64,000 nucleotides of DNA, from positions 19,136-83,135 of the forward strand of contig CAKVPH010000008.1 of the NCBI GenBank assembly GCA_934796775.1. Direction: 5' to 3'. The notes under the pieces were generated by a model. The model did not search any database. It had not been told where the DNA came from and saw only the letters and a list, made by a program, of their open reading frames with translations. Numbering within the stretch: position 1 is the first letter of the stretch; every line of letters begins with the position of its first letter. Origin of the DNA: an uncultured Clostridia bacterium (GTDB lineage Bacteria > Bacillota > Clostridia > Christensenellales > Borkfalkiaceae). This document shows positions 9,621 to 19,173 of this stretch, in pieces. The translations under genes were made by a program, and so were the position numbers.

Positions 9621-10004
9621 ATGGACAATGAATTTCATTATATAAAAAGAGGAGAGCTGTATTACGCCGATTTAAGCCCCGTAATCGGAAGCGAACAAGG
9701 CGGAGTAAGACCCGTACTCGTGGTTCAGAACGACGTCGGAAACAGATACAGCCCGACGGTAATCGCCGCGGCGGTTACAAGCAAACTCAACAAAGCAAGA
9801 CTGCCGACTCACATAGAATTAAGCGCAAGCACTTACGGACTTATGAAAGACAGCGTGGTTTTATTAGAGCAAATCCGCACTATAGATAAACGCCGTTTAA
9901 AAGAACGTATAGGTCTGTTATCGCCTCAAACTATGATGAAGGTTGACGACGCGCTTTTAATAAGCCTTGGTTTTGCAAAGGAATACGACGCCAAAAAAGC
10001 GTAA
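9621..10004 (+). CDS. mazF: MazF/PemK-family endoribonuclease toxin (EndoA-like)
   Basis: [16 protein letters not shown] and IRTIDKRRL motifs; start trimmed to ATG 9621 after GGGGG; no upstream antitoxin ORF. Confidence 0.85.
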   Translation: MDNEFHYIKRGELYYADLSPVIGSEQGGVRPVLVVQNDVGNRYSPTVIAAAVTSKLNKARLPTHIELSASTYGLMKDSVVLLEQIRTIDKRRLKERIGLLSPQTMMKVDDALLISLGFAKEYDAKKA

Positions 10005-10095
10005 CACAAATATTTTTTAAGCAAAAACTAAAAATTATTTTTCGGCATTGCGCCTGCGATTTTGCGCTTTGTAAAAAATTTTTTTAAAAAAAGTG

Positions 10096-10123
10096 TTGAC
10101 AAATCAAAATTAAGTGGTATAAT
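10096..10123 (+). promoter_or_regulatory. sigma-A promoter of hsp20
   Basis: TTGACA (10096-10101), 16 nt, TGG-TATAAT extended -10 (10115-10123). Confidence 0.75.
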
Positions 10124-10124
10124 G

Positions 10125-10151
10125 TTAGCAGTCAATGAAAGAGAGTGCTAA
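10125..10151 (+). promoter_or_regulatory. CIRCE operator (HrcA binding site)
   Basis: TTAGCAGTC-N9-GAGTGCTAA versus consensus TTAGCACTC-N9-GAGTGCTAA (1 mismatch), immediately downstream of the -10. Confidence 0.85.
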
Positions 10152-10203
10152 CACTCAAACAAGTTGATTGCTAAAAATAAAAAATATCAGGAGATTATAT
10201 ATT

Positions 10204-10617
10204 ATGAAAAACTATCTTACAGAAAAAAACAATAACGGAAACTACTTATTCGACGATATGTTCAACGACTTTTTTAAACCCGTATTTTATAAAGACAACG
10301 CAGACTACATGGCTACCGACGTAAAAGAACACGAGCATAGCTATGAACTCGAAATCGATATGCCGGGATATGATAAAAAGGATATTTCGGTTGATTTTGA
10401 AAAGGGTTATCTTACGGTAAGCGCGAAAAAAGAGCAGAAAAACAACGAAACCAAGTATTTAAGCCGTGAAAGACGCAGCGTTTCAAGAAGAAGCTATTAC
10501 GTTGGCGAAATCGACGAAAACGGCATCACCGCAAAATACGAAAACGGCGTTTTATCCATAAATTTGCCTAAACGCGTAGAAGAAAAACCCGCTTCAAAGC
10601 GCATTGCCATTGAATAA
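10204..10617 (+). CDS. Hsp20/alpha-crystallin family small heat-shock protein
   Basis: Alpha-crystallin domain (ELEIDMPGYDKKDISV ... GVLSINLPK); AGGAG RBS. Confidence 0.9.
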   Translation: MKNYLTEKNNNGNYLFDDMFNDFFKPVFYKDNADYMATDVKEHEHSYELEIDMPGYDKKDISVDFEKGYLTVSAKKEQKNNETKYLSRERRSVSRRSYYVGEIDENGITAKYENGVLSINLPKRVEEKPASKRIAIE

Positions 10618-10674
10618 AAATCGACTTTTTAGCTTAAAAACTAAAAGCAGATTAAAACTAAATAAATAAAATTT

Positions 10675-10710
10675 AAGCCGAAGCAAGTTGTTATTGCGTC
10701 GGCTTTTTTT
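10675..10710 (+). terminator. rho-independent terminator of hsp20
   Basis: AAGCCGA/TCGGCTT stem with T7 tail. Confidence 0.75.
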
Positions 10711-10943
10711 GTGTTGCTCCTATTTTTAAGGCAAATTTTTGTTTGCTTTGCTCCTTTTTAAGGCAATTTTTGTTTGCTCTGCGCCTGTTTTCAGGAATTT
10801 TTTTTGTTTGTTTTGCGCTTAATTTTCAGGCAATGTTTTGTTCCTTCGCGCCTGTTTTCAGAAATTTTTTGCTTGCTCTGCGCTTAATTTTCAGGCAATG
10901 TTTTGTTCCTGCGCGCCTTATAAATTGCATTCAAGGTTGTTTT
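10711..10943 (+). repeat. degenerate tandem array, about 7 units of 31-34 bp
   Basis: Unit about TTGCTCTGCGCYTDWTTTCAGGCAATKTTTTGT; units at 10808 and 10873 share 32 identical nt; each unit carries a CCTK-N4-MAGG mini-hairpin. Confidence 0.85.
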
Positions 10944-11130
10944 TGCACTGCGTTAAAGCTGTTTTAATGCTATCTTTAATTGATTTTTGCGGCACGGCAA
11001 TGTGAAAATTGTGTGTAAATTGATTTTTGCCCGGTAAGTGCTGAAAAAAGCGTTTTTAAGCATTTTTGCTACCTTAAAAATGCACATTTATATATAAATA
11101 AAGAAAAAAAACAAAACAGCGAAAAAAATG

Positions 11131-11159
11131 TTGACTTACTTTTCATAATATGTTAGAAT
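11131..11159 (+). promoter_or_regulatory. sigma-A promoter of the YwaF-ABC operon
   Basis: TTGACT, 17 nt, TGT-TAGAAT extended -10. Confidence 0.65.
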
Positions 11160-11251
11160 TGTGAAAAATAGGCATTCAAACGATGTGGTTGTGTAATTAA
11201 ACTGCGTTTTTGGGAATGTAAAGTAGGCTATCGGACGGGAGAATCCGAAAA

Positions 11252-13489
11252 ATGTATTATTTAATAGCAATAGGGTGTGCGCTTGTATTCGGGGCGGCAC
11301 TTTACGTAATCAATAAAAAATGCGGCAAAAATGCACTTGCCGGTAAAATAACGGCGGGAGTTCTGCTTTGCGTGTTTTTTGCAAGGTATTATTCGTATAT
11401 CGAATATCCTATCGATAACGTGATAGGACTTTCGCAAGGGCCCGACGGGGCGGTTGCGACTGCTTTTTCGCTTCTTTCAATCTGGTTTACGGCGGCGGCT
11501 CTTTGCATACTGCTTTTAAAACCTTATTTTGAAAGCGTAAATACTCTCGGCATTCTTACAAAGTATTTCTGTTTGCCGGCGTATATATTCGCCACCGCAA
11601 TGGCGTATTTTAACATACGGCTTTTAATGGGACCGGATTATACACAAACGATGCATTTTTCGGCAATAATGTACGCCGTAGAGTTGGGACTTGGGCTTGC
11701 GATAAGCGCAAGCGAATGGATGAAATATCCTAAGTTCGATAAACCGCAAAAGAGATGGTACACTCAGGTTATAGCACTTTTGGCAATGATAATCTGCGCT
11801 ATGCCGTCTTATTCGTTACAGATATTTTTTGGTTTAGGTCCCGCAAGCTGGGTAGTGGACGATTTAACCGTGACGCACAGATTATTTTTATACGCGGCGT
11901 TAATAATACCGGTCATCATATATTTTGCTCTTCGCGAAAAGGATTACGACGTAAGAAGGTTTGCGATGACTTATATGTCCATTGCGCTGCTGATAACCTT
12001 CTGCACGCGTTACAAATACGATTCATTCTTAAAACCGTGGTCGTGGCCGCTTCACCTTTGCAATACGGCGATGTTCGTAGTTCCGCTGTGTCTGGTGTTC
12101 AACATGAAAAGGTTGTTTTATTTCACCTATTTCATAAACGTAATGGGCGCGTTCTTTGCAATGGCAATGCCTAATTACGACTCGGTAAACATCACGCAGT
12201 GGGCGCTTGTAAACTTCTGGGTAAACCATTATCCCGCATTTTTCATGCCGCTGTTGCTTGTTGCGCTAAGAATATTCGAAAGACCTAAAATAAAGCAATT
12301 CTATCATTCGATGACTGCGTTTTTCGTGTATTTCGTATTCGTACTCGTGTTAAACCCGTTGTTTGCAAATTTCGGACACGAAGTTGACTTCTTCTTTTTA
12401 AACAGCGACTTTATTCCCGAAAAATTCGGAACATGGGCAGAAAATATGTTTGCCATAACTGCAGATATAAATATAGGAAACATAAAACTTACGTTCCATC
12501 CGCTGTATCAGCTGGCGTTCTTCCTCGTGTATGTGGGAATAGCGTTCGGAATATGGTTCATATACGAGCAGTTCTTCCGCTTAGCGGACGCTCATTACGA
12601 CATGCTTTTAAAAAAGAGAAAAATAAGACAGGACAAAATCGCACTCGCAAGTGCGCTTAACGGAAGGAGTATCGAACAACCTATGAATATAAAGGCGGGA
12701 ACAAAGCTTGAACTTAAACATTTTTCAAAAAAATACGCAAGCAGTAAAACGTACGCGGTAAAGGACGCAAATCTTATAGTAAACGGCGGCGAAATATTCG
12801 GCTTTTTAGGACCGAACGGCGCGGGTAAATCCACTATAATAAAGAGCATAGTGGGAATTCAGCCCATAACCGAAGGAGCGATAGAAGTCTGCGGGTTTGA
12901 CTGCGAAAAGCAACCCCGTCAGGCAAAAGCGCAGATAGGTTTCGTTCCCGATCATTATGCGCTTTACGAAAAACTTACCGGTCGCGAATATATAAATTAC
13001 ATTGCGGACATATACGACGTTTCAAAAGAAGAACGCACCAAAAGAATTGACGAAATGGTATCGCTTTTCGAACTTGAAGGTTCGTTCGATTGTTCGATGA
13101 AAACATATTCGCACGGCATGAAACAAAAAATAACCATAATGGCGGCTCTCGTTCACAATCCGAGGCTCTGGATACTCGACGAACCTTTAACAGGACTTGA
13201 TCCTAACAGTATCTTTCAGGTTAAAGAGTGCATGAGGCGTCACGCCGAAGCAGGTAATATAGTATTTTTCTCAAGCCACATAATCGACGTGGTAGAAAGA
13301 ATCTGCGACCGTATAGCAATTATCAAAAAGGGAAAAATATTATGTGTAAAAACTATCGAAGAGATCGAGGCGATCTGTCCGCTTGAAGAGTTTTACATGA
13401 AAATGATAAACGACGAAGAATTTTCTTCGCGTATAATCGCCGAGCAAGAGCGTATAAACGGCGCGGCAACCGGTGAAGTCGGAGCGTAG
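11252..13489 (+). CDS. fusion protein: YwaF/TMEM164-like polytopic membrane domain (about 470 aa) plus C-terminal ABC ATPase
   Basis: WPLHLCN, INVMGAFFAMAMPNY and VNHYPAFF resemble TIGR02206/YwaF; C-terminus has Walker A GPNGAGKST, signature YSHGMKQK, Walker B WILDEP. Confidence 0.7.
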   Translation: MYYLIAIGCALVFGAALYVINKKCGKNALAGKITAGVLLCVFFARYYSYIEYPIDNVIGLSQGPDGAVATAFSLLSIWFTAAALCILLLKPYFESVNTLGILTKYFCLPAYIFATAMAYFNIRLLMGPDYTQTMHFSAIMYAVELGLGLAISASEWMKYPKFDKPQKRWYTQVIALLAMIICAMPSYSLQIFFGLGPASWVVDDLTVTHRLFLYAALIIPVIIYFALREKDYDVRRFAMTYMSIALLITFCTRYKYDSFLKPWSWPLHLCNTAMFVVPLCLVFNMKRLFYFTYFINVMGAFFAMAMPNYDSVNITQWALVNFWVNHYPAFFMPLLLVALRIFERPKIKQFYHSMTAFFVYFVFVLVLNPLFANFGHEVDFFFLNSDFIPEKFGTWAENMFAITADINIGNIKLTFHPLYQLAFFLVYVGIAFGIWFIYEQFFRLADAHYDMLLKKRKIRQDKIALASALNGRSIEQPMNIKAGTKLELKHFSKKYASSKTYAVKDANLIVNGGEIFGFLGPNGAGKSTIIKSIVGIQPITEGAIEVCGFDCEKQPRQAKAQIGFVPDHYALYEKLTGREYINYIADIYDVSKEERTKRIDEMVSLFELEGSFDCSMKTYSHGMKQKITIMAALVHNPRLWILDEPLTGLDPNSIFQVKECMRRHAEAGNIVFFSSHIIDVVERICDRIAIIKKGKILCVKTIEEIEAICPLEEFYMKMINDEEFSSRIIAEQERINGAATGEVGA

Positions 13490-13494
13490 TAAAA

Positions 13495-15129
13495 ATGAAA
13501 CACTTATATGCGCTCGTGATGATGCAGCTTAAAGATAAGCTTGATTTTTCGTTTTTAAAAACAAAGCAAAAGCTTATTTCAAAGATTGTATTCACCATTT
13601 TAAAATTTATAATAGTAGCCGCCGTTGCATACGGAATATTCAAGGTGCTGAACCTTCTCTTTTTTAACTACGGTATCAAAAAAGAGCTTATGGTGTTTAT
13701 TTTTGCGGTAATATTTTTTCTGTCGCTCATATCGTGTACGGTAGGGCTGATGAAAAATCTGTATTTTGCCGACGATAACAAAGTGCTTATAACTTTCCCC
13801 GTGAACGCAAACCTGATATTTATTTCGCGGCTTATAGTTTACTACATCTTTGAACTCAAAAGAAGTTTATTTTTAACCATTCCCATATTTATTGCGTTCG
13901 GAATAATGACTAAAATCACCGCACTGTATTATTTGTGGCTGGTAGTTGCTTTTGTGTTCATATCCGCGCTGCCCGTGCTGTTCGGCTCGCTTTTATCCAT
14001 TCCCGCACTGTATATATACACGTTTATTAAAAAACGCGCGGCTTTAAAAGTAGGCATATACGTAATTGCAATTGCGGCGGTCGTTTACGGGGCGGTAACA
14101 TTAATAGGGCTTATTCCCACAAGCATAAACCTTATACAGCAAAAAGGCGAAATAACCGCGCACGTCAATAAATTTTTAATGGGTTGCAGAACGTACTGCT
14201 ATCCCGTAAACTTTTTAACCACAATGCTTTGCGGAAACGAAAGCGGAATGACTTATAACATTTTCGTAAAGCAAGTACCCGTTTATTTCGGTGTTTTAGT
14301 TGCGCTTTTACTTATATTCTTCGTTTTGGCGTACTTTGTTTCAAGACCGCTTTTCTTCTCGATGATGTCAAAAACTTTCGAGTTTGAAAAGATTCCGCCC
14401 AAAAAGGTTCAGACGGATAAAAAACGCAAAAAAAGTATTACTTTCTTCCGTGCGGAAATTATGAGCCTTATGCGTTCCGGTTTTGTGGGAACTTTTGTTG
14501 CAATGTATATAATCGTTCCCGTAATGATATATCTTTTAAACAAGATATTCGCCGCAATGGACACAAATCTTTCGGGCGTATATATGGTTTATGCGTTCAA
14601 CGTGCTTATCATGATATTGCCCATGCTCGCGTCAAACGCGCTTATAGCCACTATTTACTCGCGTGACGGCAGGGCGGCTTACGTAACAAAAACCATGCCG
14701 CTTGATCCGCGCTTCCCGCTTGCGGTCAAAATTGCGCCTATGGCGGTGGCTTCCGCAATCTCGCTTGCAATAAGCGTAGTGGTATTTTCAAGATTTGTCG
14801 CGCTTACAACCGCAGAACTTATTTTGCTTAGCGTCGGACTTATAGGTATTCAGTGGGGACACATAATGTGGAGCGCAATGCTCGATATCATGAACCCGCA
14901 AAACGAACAGTACGCAACGTTCGGCGAAATGACGGATAATCCTAACGAAAATTTTTCTACTATAATCGCGTTCATAATCGCCGCGATTTACGCAGTTTAT
15001 TCGTTCATATTGTTCCCTGAAGGCGTTACAAAAGCATGCGTAAAACTTTGCGCTATCGGCGTGGTGTTTGCCTGCACCTTAGCGTATATGTTCTTTACAA
15101 AAATCAAAGTTTACTATTTTGAAAAGTAG
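13495..15129 (+). CDS. polytopic membrane protein, putative ABC-exporter permease partner
   Basis: 544 aa, 12 or more hydrophobic helices, starts 6 nt after the ATPase fusion. Confidence 0.6.
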   Translation: MKHLYALVMMQLKDKLDFSFLKTKQKLISKIVFTILKFIIVAAVAYGIFKVLNLLFFNYGIKKELMVFIFAVIFFLSLISCTVGLMKNLYFADDNKVLITFPVNANLIFISRLIVYYIFELKRSLFLTIPIFIAFGIMTKITALYYLWLVVAFVFISALPVLFGSLLSIPALYIYTFIKKRAALKVGIYVIAIAAVVYGAVTLIGLIPTSINLIQQKGEITAHVNKFLMGCRTYCYPVNFLTTMLCGNESGMTYNIFVKQVPVYFGVLVALLLIFFVLAYFVSRPLFFSMMSKTFEFEKIPPKKVQTDKKRKKSITFFRAEIMSLMRSGFVGTFVAMYIIVPVMIYLLNKIFAAMDTNLSGVYMVYAFNVLIMILPMLASNALIATIYSRDGRAAYVTKTMPLDPRFPLAVKIAPMAVASAISLAISVVVFSRFVALTTAELILLSVGLIGIQWGHIMWSAMLDIMNPQNEQYATFGEMTDNPNENFSTIIAFIIAAIYAVYSFILFPEGVTKACVKLCAIGVVFACTLAYMFFTKIKVYYFEK

Positions 15130-15143
15130 GAGGCGTTAAGAAT

Positions 15144-15557
15144 ATGAAAAAATCCGTAATTTTAACGCTTATTGCAATTTATGCCGTATCCATATGCGTG
15201 GTCGGATATTTCGGGCTTAATGTAAGAATTTTAAATCCTACCGTTTATGCCGATACCGTTACCATAGATTACGTTTTATACGGCGATACTAAAATCGATT
15301 ACAAAACCAACCAGAGCGGAAAATACGTCAGAATCAAGGATTATGACGAAGGTCAAAGCATAAAAATCGTGTATACGGTAACCCCGCATGACGCAACAGA
15401 TAAAAGCGTTACCTTTTCTTGCGATAAATCGCTGGCCGAAATTACCAAAGACGGAATAGTAACGCTCAACAAAAAAAAGATTATTTTAGACGTTACCGTA
15501 ACCGTAGATGCCGCTCAGAACGTAAAAGACAAAATAAAAATACTTATCGGCTATTAA
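15144..15557 (+). CDS. membrane-anchored bacterial Ig-like (Big_2-like) domain protein
   Basis: N-terminal TM helix; TVTPHDATDKSVTFSCDKSLAEITKDGIVTL resembles the Big_2 signature. Confidence 0.55.
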   Translation: MKKSVILTLIAIYAVSICVVGYFGLNVRILNPTVYADTVTIDYVLYGDTKIDYKTNQSGKYVRIKDYDEGQSIKIVYTVTPHDATDKSVTFSCDKSLAEITKDGIVTLNKKKIILDVTVTVDAAQNVKDKIKILIGY

Positions 15558-15617
15558 TCGGCGATTACCCGATTTTTAGATATAAAGAAAAAAATTGTGA
15601 TAAAAAGGAGATCTATC

Positions 15618-17831
15618 ATGAATTTCAGGAAAGTACTGATACTGATACTTACCGTTTTAACGGTAACCTCGCTCAGCTTGTTTGTTGCCTGCCATAGAGA
15701 TAACGACAATTCAAGCAGCAGCCAAAGCGGAGAAGTTACTCTCAGCAAAATAGAGTACGTTTCGGGTATTCCCGAAATGCTTGTAAGAGGAACTACACCC
15801 GACTATACCGAGCTTAAAATCAAAGCTACTTACAGCGATAATAAAACTGAAGAAATCGTTTACAATGCAACCGATTTCAACGTGACCGTAGATACGAGCG
15901 TAAAAGCCGAATCCGTTCCCGTAACCATAGTTTATAAGGGCAAAACGGCTACGACAAACGTTAAAGTTGATTTTGAAATCGCCGCGGTCGGACAAGCCGA
16001 ATTCGTTATTAACTACGAAAAAAATGTAGGCGAAAACTCCGTATTTAAGGATACTACAAAAGAGTATGTAGTAGGCGCGTCAAACGCTTTCTATTACGTT
16101 CCCGTAGTAACCGTTCTCGATTCCGAAGTAAACCCCTATACTTTCGATAAATCGGGCGATTTTGAAATCTTTGCAGAGGTTTATAAAAAGGTGGGCGGCG
16201 AGTATACGCTTTTAACCGATCCCGCAAGCGAAGTTGAAATCGACACCATGAACGCGTCGTTCAAGTTTGCTCCTGCAGCTATAGGCAACAGCTACAAATT
16301 AGTGGTTCGTCCTGCCGAACTTACAGACGAACAACTTGCCGAAGAAGACGGCGATTACTCAAAAGAATTTTCTTTCCGCGTAGCCGACGCTTACAACGTT
16401 TACTCTGCCGCAGAACTTCTTTTATGGGATAACCGTACCGACGAAGACGGTCTTGCCGTAAAAGCGTTCAGAGAATCAAAAGGCGTAACCGTAGACGCAA
16501 ATTCTTTAAAAGGACTTGCTCTTCATTGCGATTTATCACTCGGCAAAGACGATATAGCCCCTGAATTCTTCTATGATCCCGAACGTGATCCTTCTGCTTT
16601 TGCAGGACTTTCAGCTGAAAGAAAGGAGCTTTTAAACGGTTCGCTTAAAGACTTCGAAGATTTAATTTCGCGCATTCTCGGCGACGACGGTAAGTTTGAT
16701 TTTGAAGGTAATTTCTATACTGTTTCCGTAGAAAAAATGCCTCTGGTAGTTTGGGAACACGATGCCGACAAAGCGTTTACCAAAAATCCCGAATCGGTTG
16801 TAAGCCATACAACGCTTTTAAGAATTCAGGGCAATTCAAGCAATAATTCTACAAATCATACCGAACTTGGCACTGTTAACAACGCAAACTTTATAGGTAA
16901 CTTAAACCGTCAGGACAGCGTATGGTCGGGCGGCTGCATCTTAATTAAAGCCGACGGCGCGGCTGTTGAAATGAACAACATCGTTGCAACCCGTTGGTAT
17001 ATAACCGCGTTCTCCGAAAAAAACAGCGATACTAACCACCTTGTTTTAAACAAAGTTACCTTCCGCGATAACTACAACTGTTTCATATACCTTTGGGGCG
17101 GAATAGTAAACATAAACGACAGTACTCTCCAAGGCGCAGGCGGTCCTGCAATCATAGCCGACCATGTCGATAGAAACTCTTCGGATTCGGGTAGAACCGG
17201 CAGCAAGGGTTGGCCAAGCGAAATCAACGTTAATGCAAGTTCTTTAATTGAATCCGTAGTTACCGGACAAGAAGGTTGGTTTGCAGAATTTAACGCTCAG
17301 TCCGCTGCAGCTCAGATAGTTGCTATGGATGAATTGTTTAAGCCGTTTGGCCGTACTTTCACTATAGGGACTAAGAGTGTTACCGTAAACGGTAAAGAGG
17401 AAACTTATAAAACGATTAACCTTGTAGCTATATTTAAGGATTCCGAAGCCTCAGGCATGACCTTTACCAAAATCAGCGGTAAGGCAAAAATCGGCGGCGG
17501 CGACAACGCTCACGTTCTCGATTACGATAATCAATATACCGCAGGAGTTCTTGATGCATTTAAAGGCTCCGGAGCGCCCATAATTCAAAGTTCTTTAGCC
17601 GGTATAATAGCTTATATGGGTAACGACAGCAATGGTATTCCCCAAATAGCAGAACCTTTAAAAACAGGCTCTACGGCTATTGATTTTATGGCAACTGTTC
17701 AGGATCCTTCAAAACATCCGCAGATATTCAAAGATACCGGATATCTTAACTTGTTCTACGGCGACAAAGGCGTGAACAACGACGGATATATGGGAATAAT
17801 ACTCGGTAATTACAGAGCTTTAAAAGTTTAA
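15618..17831 (+). CDS. large lipoprotein with N-terminal Ig-like domain and beta-helix-like repeats
   Basis: Lipobox SLFVAC; start trimmed to ATG 15618 after AAAGGAG; Asn/Gly-rich repeats (NNANFIGN, VNINDSTLQGAGGPAI) suggest a parallel beta-helix. Confidence 0.6.
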   Translation: MNFRKVLILILTVLTVTSLSLFVACHRDNDNSSSSQSGEVTLSKIEYVSGIPEMLVRGTTPDYTELKIKATYSDNKTEEIVYNATDFNVTVDTSVKAESVPVTIVYKGKTATTNVKVDFEIAAVGQAEFVINYEKNVGENSVFKDTTKEYVVGASNAFYYVPVVTVLDSEVNPYTFDKSGDFEIFAEVYKKVGGEYTLLTDPASEVEIDTMNASFKFAPAAIGNSYKLVVRPAELTDEQLAEEDGDYSKEFSFRVADAYNVYSAAELLLWDNRTDEDGLAVKAFRESKGVTVDANSLKGLALHCDLSLGKDDIAPEFFYDPERDPSAFAGLSAERKELLNGSLKDFEDLISRILGDDGKFDFEGNFYTVSVEKMPLVVWEHDADKAFTKNPESVVSHTTLLRIQGNSSNNSTNHTELGTVNNANFIGNLNRQDSVWSGGCILIKADGAAVEMNNIVATRWYITAFSEKNSDTNHLVLNKVTFRDNYNCFIYLWGGIVNINDSTLQGAGGPAIIADHVDRNSSDSGRTGSKGWPSEINVNASSLIESVVTGQEGWFAEFNAQSAAAQIVAMDELFKPFGRTFTIGTKSVTVNGKEETYKTINLVAIFKDSEASGMTFTKISGKAKIGGGDNAHVLDYDNQYTAGVLDAFKGSGAPIIQSSLAGIIAYMGNDSNGIPQIAEPLKTGSTAIDFMATVQDPSKHPQIFKDTGYLNLFYGDKGVNNDGYMGIILGNYRALKV

Positions 17832-17969
17832 TTACGTTAAACAAAAAAAGGACTGCCTTAAAAAAGGCGGTCCTTTAAAAATGAGTTTAAATAATAAGGT
17901 AATATATGATTAGGTGTACGGCGAAGAACGTTTTAAAATGCTTTTGGTAGTCGTATTTAAAAAAAACAA

Positions 17970-18005
17970 AAATCGGGGTAACGTCAAACTTACCCCGTTT
18001 TTTTT
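17970..18005 (+). terminator. rho-independent terminator
   Basis: CGGGGTA/TACCCCG stem with T8; a second hairpin without a T tail lies at 17849-17874. Confidence 0.7.
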
Positions 18006-18365
18006 ATGCTTTAAAACGTCCGTTTATTGTTTTTTGCATGCGCAAAAACACTCACCGCAAAGGCAGTCGTAAATGTGGTTGCGCTTGCCCGGTTTTGTAT
18101 TTTAAAAAACTCATTCAAGCAAAAAATTAAAACGTTTCTTTATTTTTTTACATATTCAAAAACTTAGTTTTACAAAGAATAAAAAAATAATGATAATTTT
18201 AAAATCGTAGATAAAACCTATGATTTTTTTATTTTTACGCTTAAAAAATCATTGTTTTAAATTTTTTCACCTTAAAAAAACAAAGTTATATTACTTTTTT
18301 GATATTTACAACTGCTTTAAAGTATGGTATAAAATAACCGAACACAAAAAGAGGCGATTATTCAA

Positions 18366-19124
18366 ATGACTGATTTAATTTTTTTTGGCGGACAAAGTAA
18401 CATGCAGGGGCAAACGGAAAGTCTTTTAAAAAAAGATCCTGTTAAAAACGCGCTCGAATATCGGCTTTTAACCGACGAGCTTATCCCTTTGCAAAACCCC
18501 GTCGGCGAAGATATAGACGAGCTTTTGCTTTCTTCCGCTTACGGACACGGTTCCTTAATTCCCGATTTTACCGAGGCGTATATCAAAAAGGCGGAAAGAA
18601 GCGTTGTGTGCGCGCATGTTGCAAAAGGCGCAACTATTCTTGCGGACTGGCAAAAAAACGGTGAATCGGGCAAAGCGCGCTACCAAAAACTTGTTGAAAA
18701 GTGCAAAGGCGCAAAAAACAAGGTAAAGGACGCAGGTAAAACGCTGTTTATCTGGTTGCAGGGCGAAAGCGACGCTTTGGCGCACACTTCCAAAAACGAC
18801 TACGAAAAAATGCTTAAAGCCTTTAAAAACGACTTGCAAAACGACCTTAATATAGATGCGTTTATGATAATAGAAGTAGGCTATTTTGCAAGCAACTTCG
18901 GCGGCAGGGAATACGACGAGCAGATTATGGCTGCGCAGGAAGAATTGTGCTCAGACGGCGCAAGCGGCGGTTTTTATATGCTTACCGATATAACGAAGAA
19001 ACTGTCGCTCGATCAAAAATATATAAATCCTATCGCGGTGGGGCATTTTAATAACGTGGCAATGCAGATTATAGGAAGTACGGCGGGCGAAAAAGCTGCC
19101 GAAATCGCGCTTAACCTTAAATAA
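18366..19124 (+). CDS. SASA/DUF303-type carbohydrate O-acetylesterase
   Basis: N-terminal FFGGQSNMQGQ motif plus WLQGESD; no signal peptide. Confidence 0.65.
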   Translation: MTDLIFFGGQSNMQGQTESLLKKDPVKNALEYRLLTDELIPLQNPVGEDIDELLLSSAYGHGSLIPDFTEAYIKKAERSVVCAHVAKGATILADWQKNGESGKARYQKLVEKCKGAKNKVKDAGKTLFIWLQGESDALAHTSKNDYEKMLKAFKNDLQNDLNIDAFMIIEVGYFASNFGGREYDEQIMAAQEELCSDGASGGFYMLTDITKKLSLDQKYINPIAVGHFNNVAMQIIGSTAGEKAAEIALNLK

Positions 19125-19173
19125 GTAAAAAAATTAAGCAACTAAAAAATACAACATAAAGGAAAGAGAGAAA

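Noticed and set aside
10711-10943. Possible CRISPR array, because of regularly spaced repeats of about 32 bp
   Set aside because: The units are directly adjacent with no unique spacers, they are degenerate rather than identical, and no cas genes or leader are present. I treat it as a minisatellite-like tandem repeat.
10743-10967. 74-aa ORF in the track
   Set aside because: It lies entirely within the T-rich tandem repeat, has a low-complexity Phe/Leu/Cys-rich translation, has no RBS, and follows a terminator.
17832-18365. Hidden gene or RNA in the 534-bp AT-rich gap
   Set aside because: Only short ORFs without an RBS and two hairpins were seen, with no recognisable RNA motif. It probably holds terminators plus a promoter region for the esterase gene.
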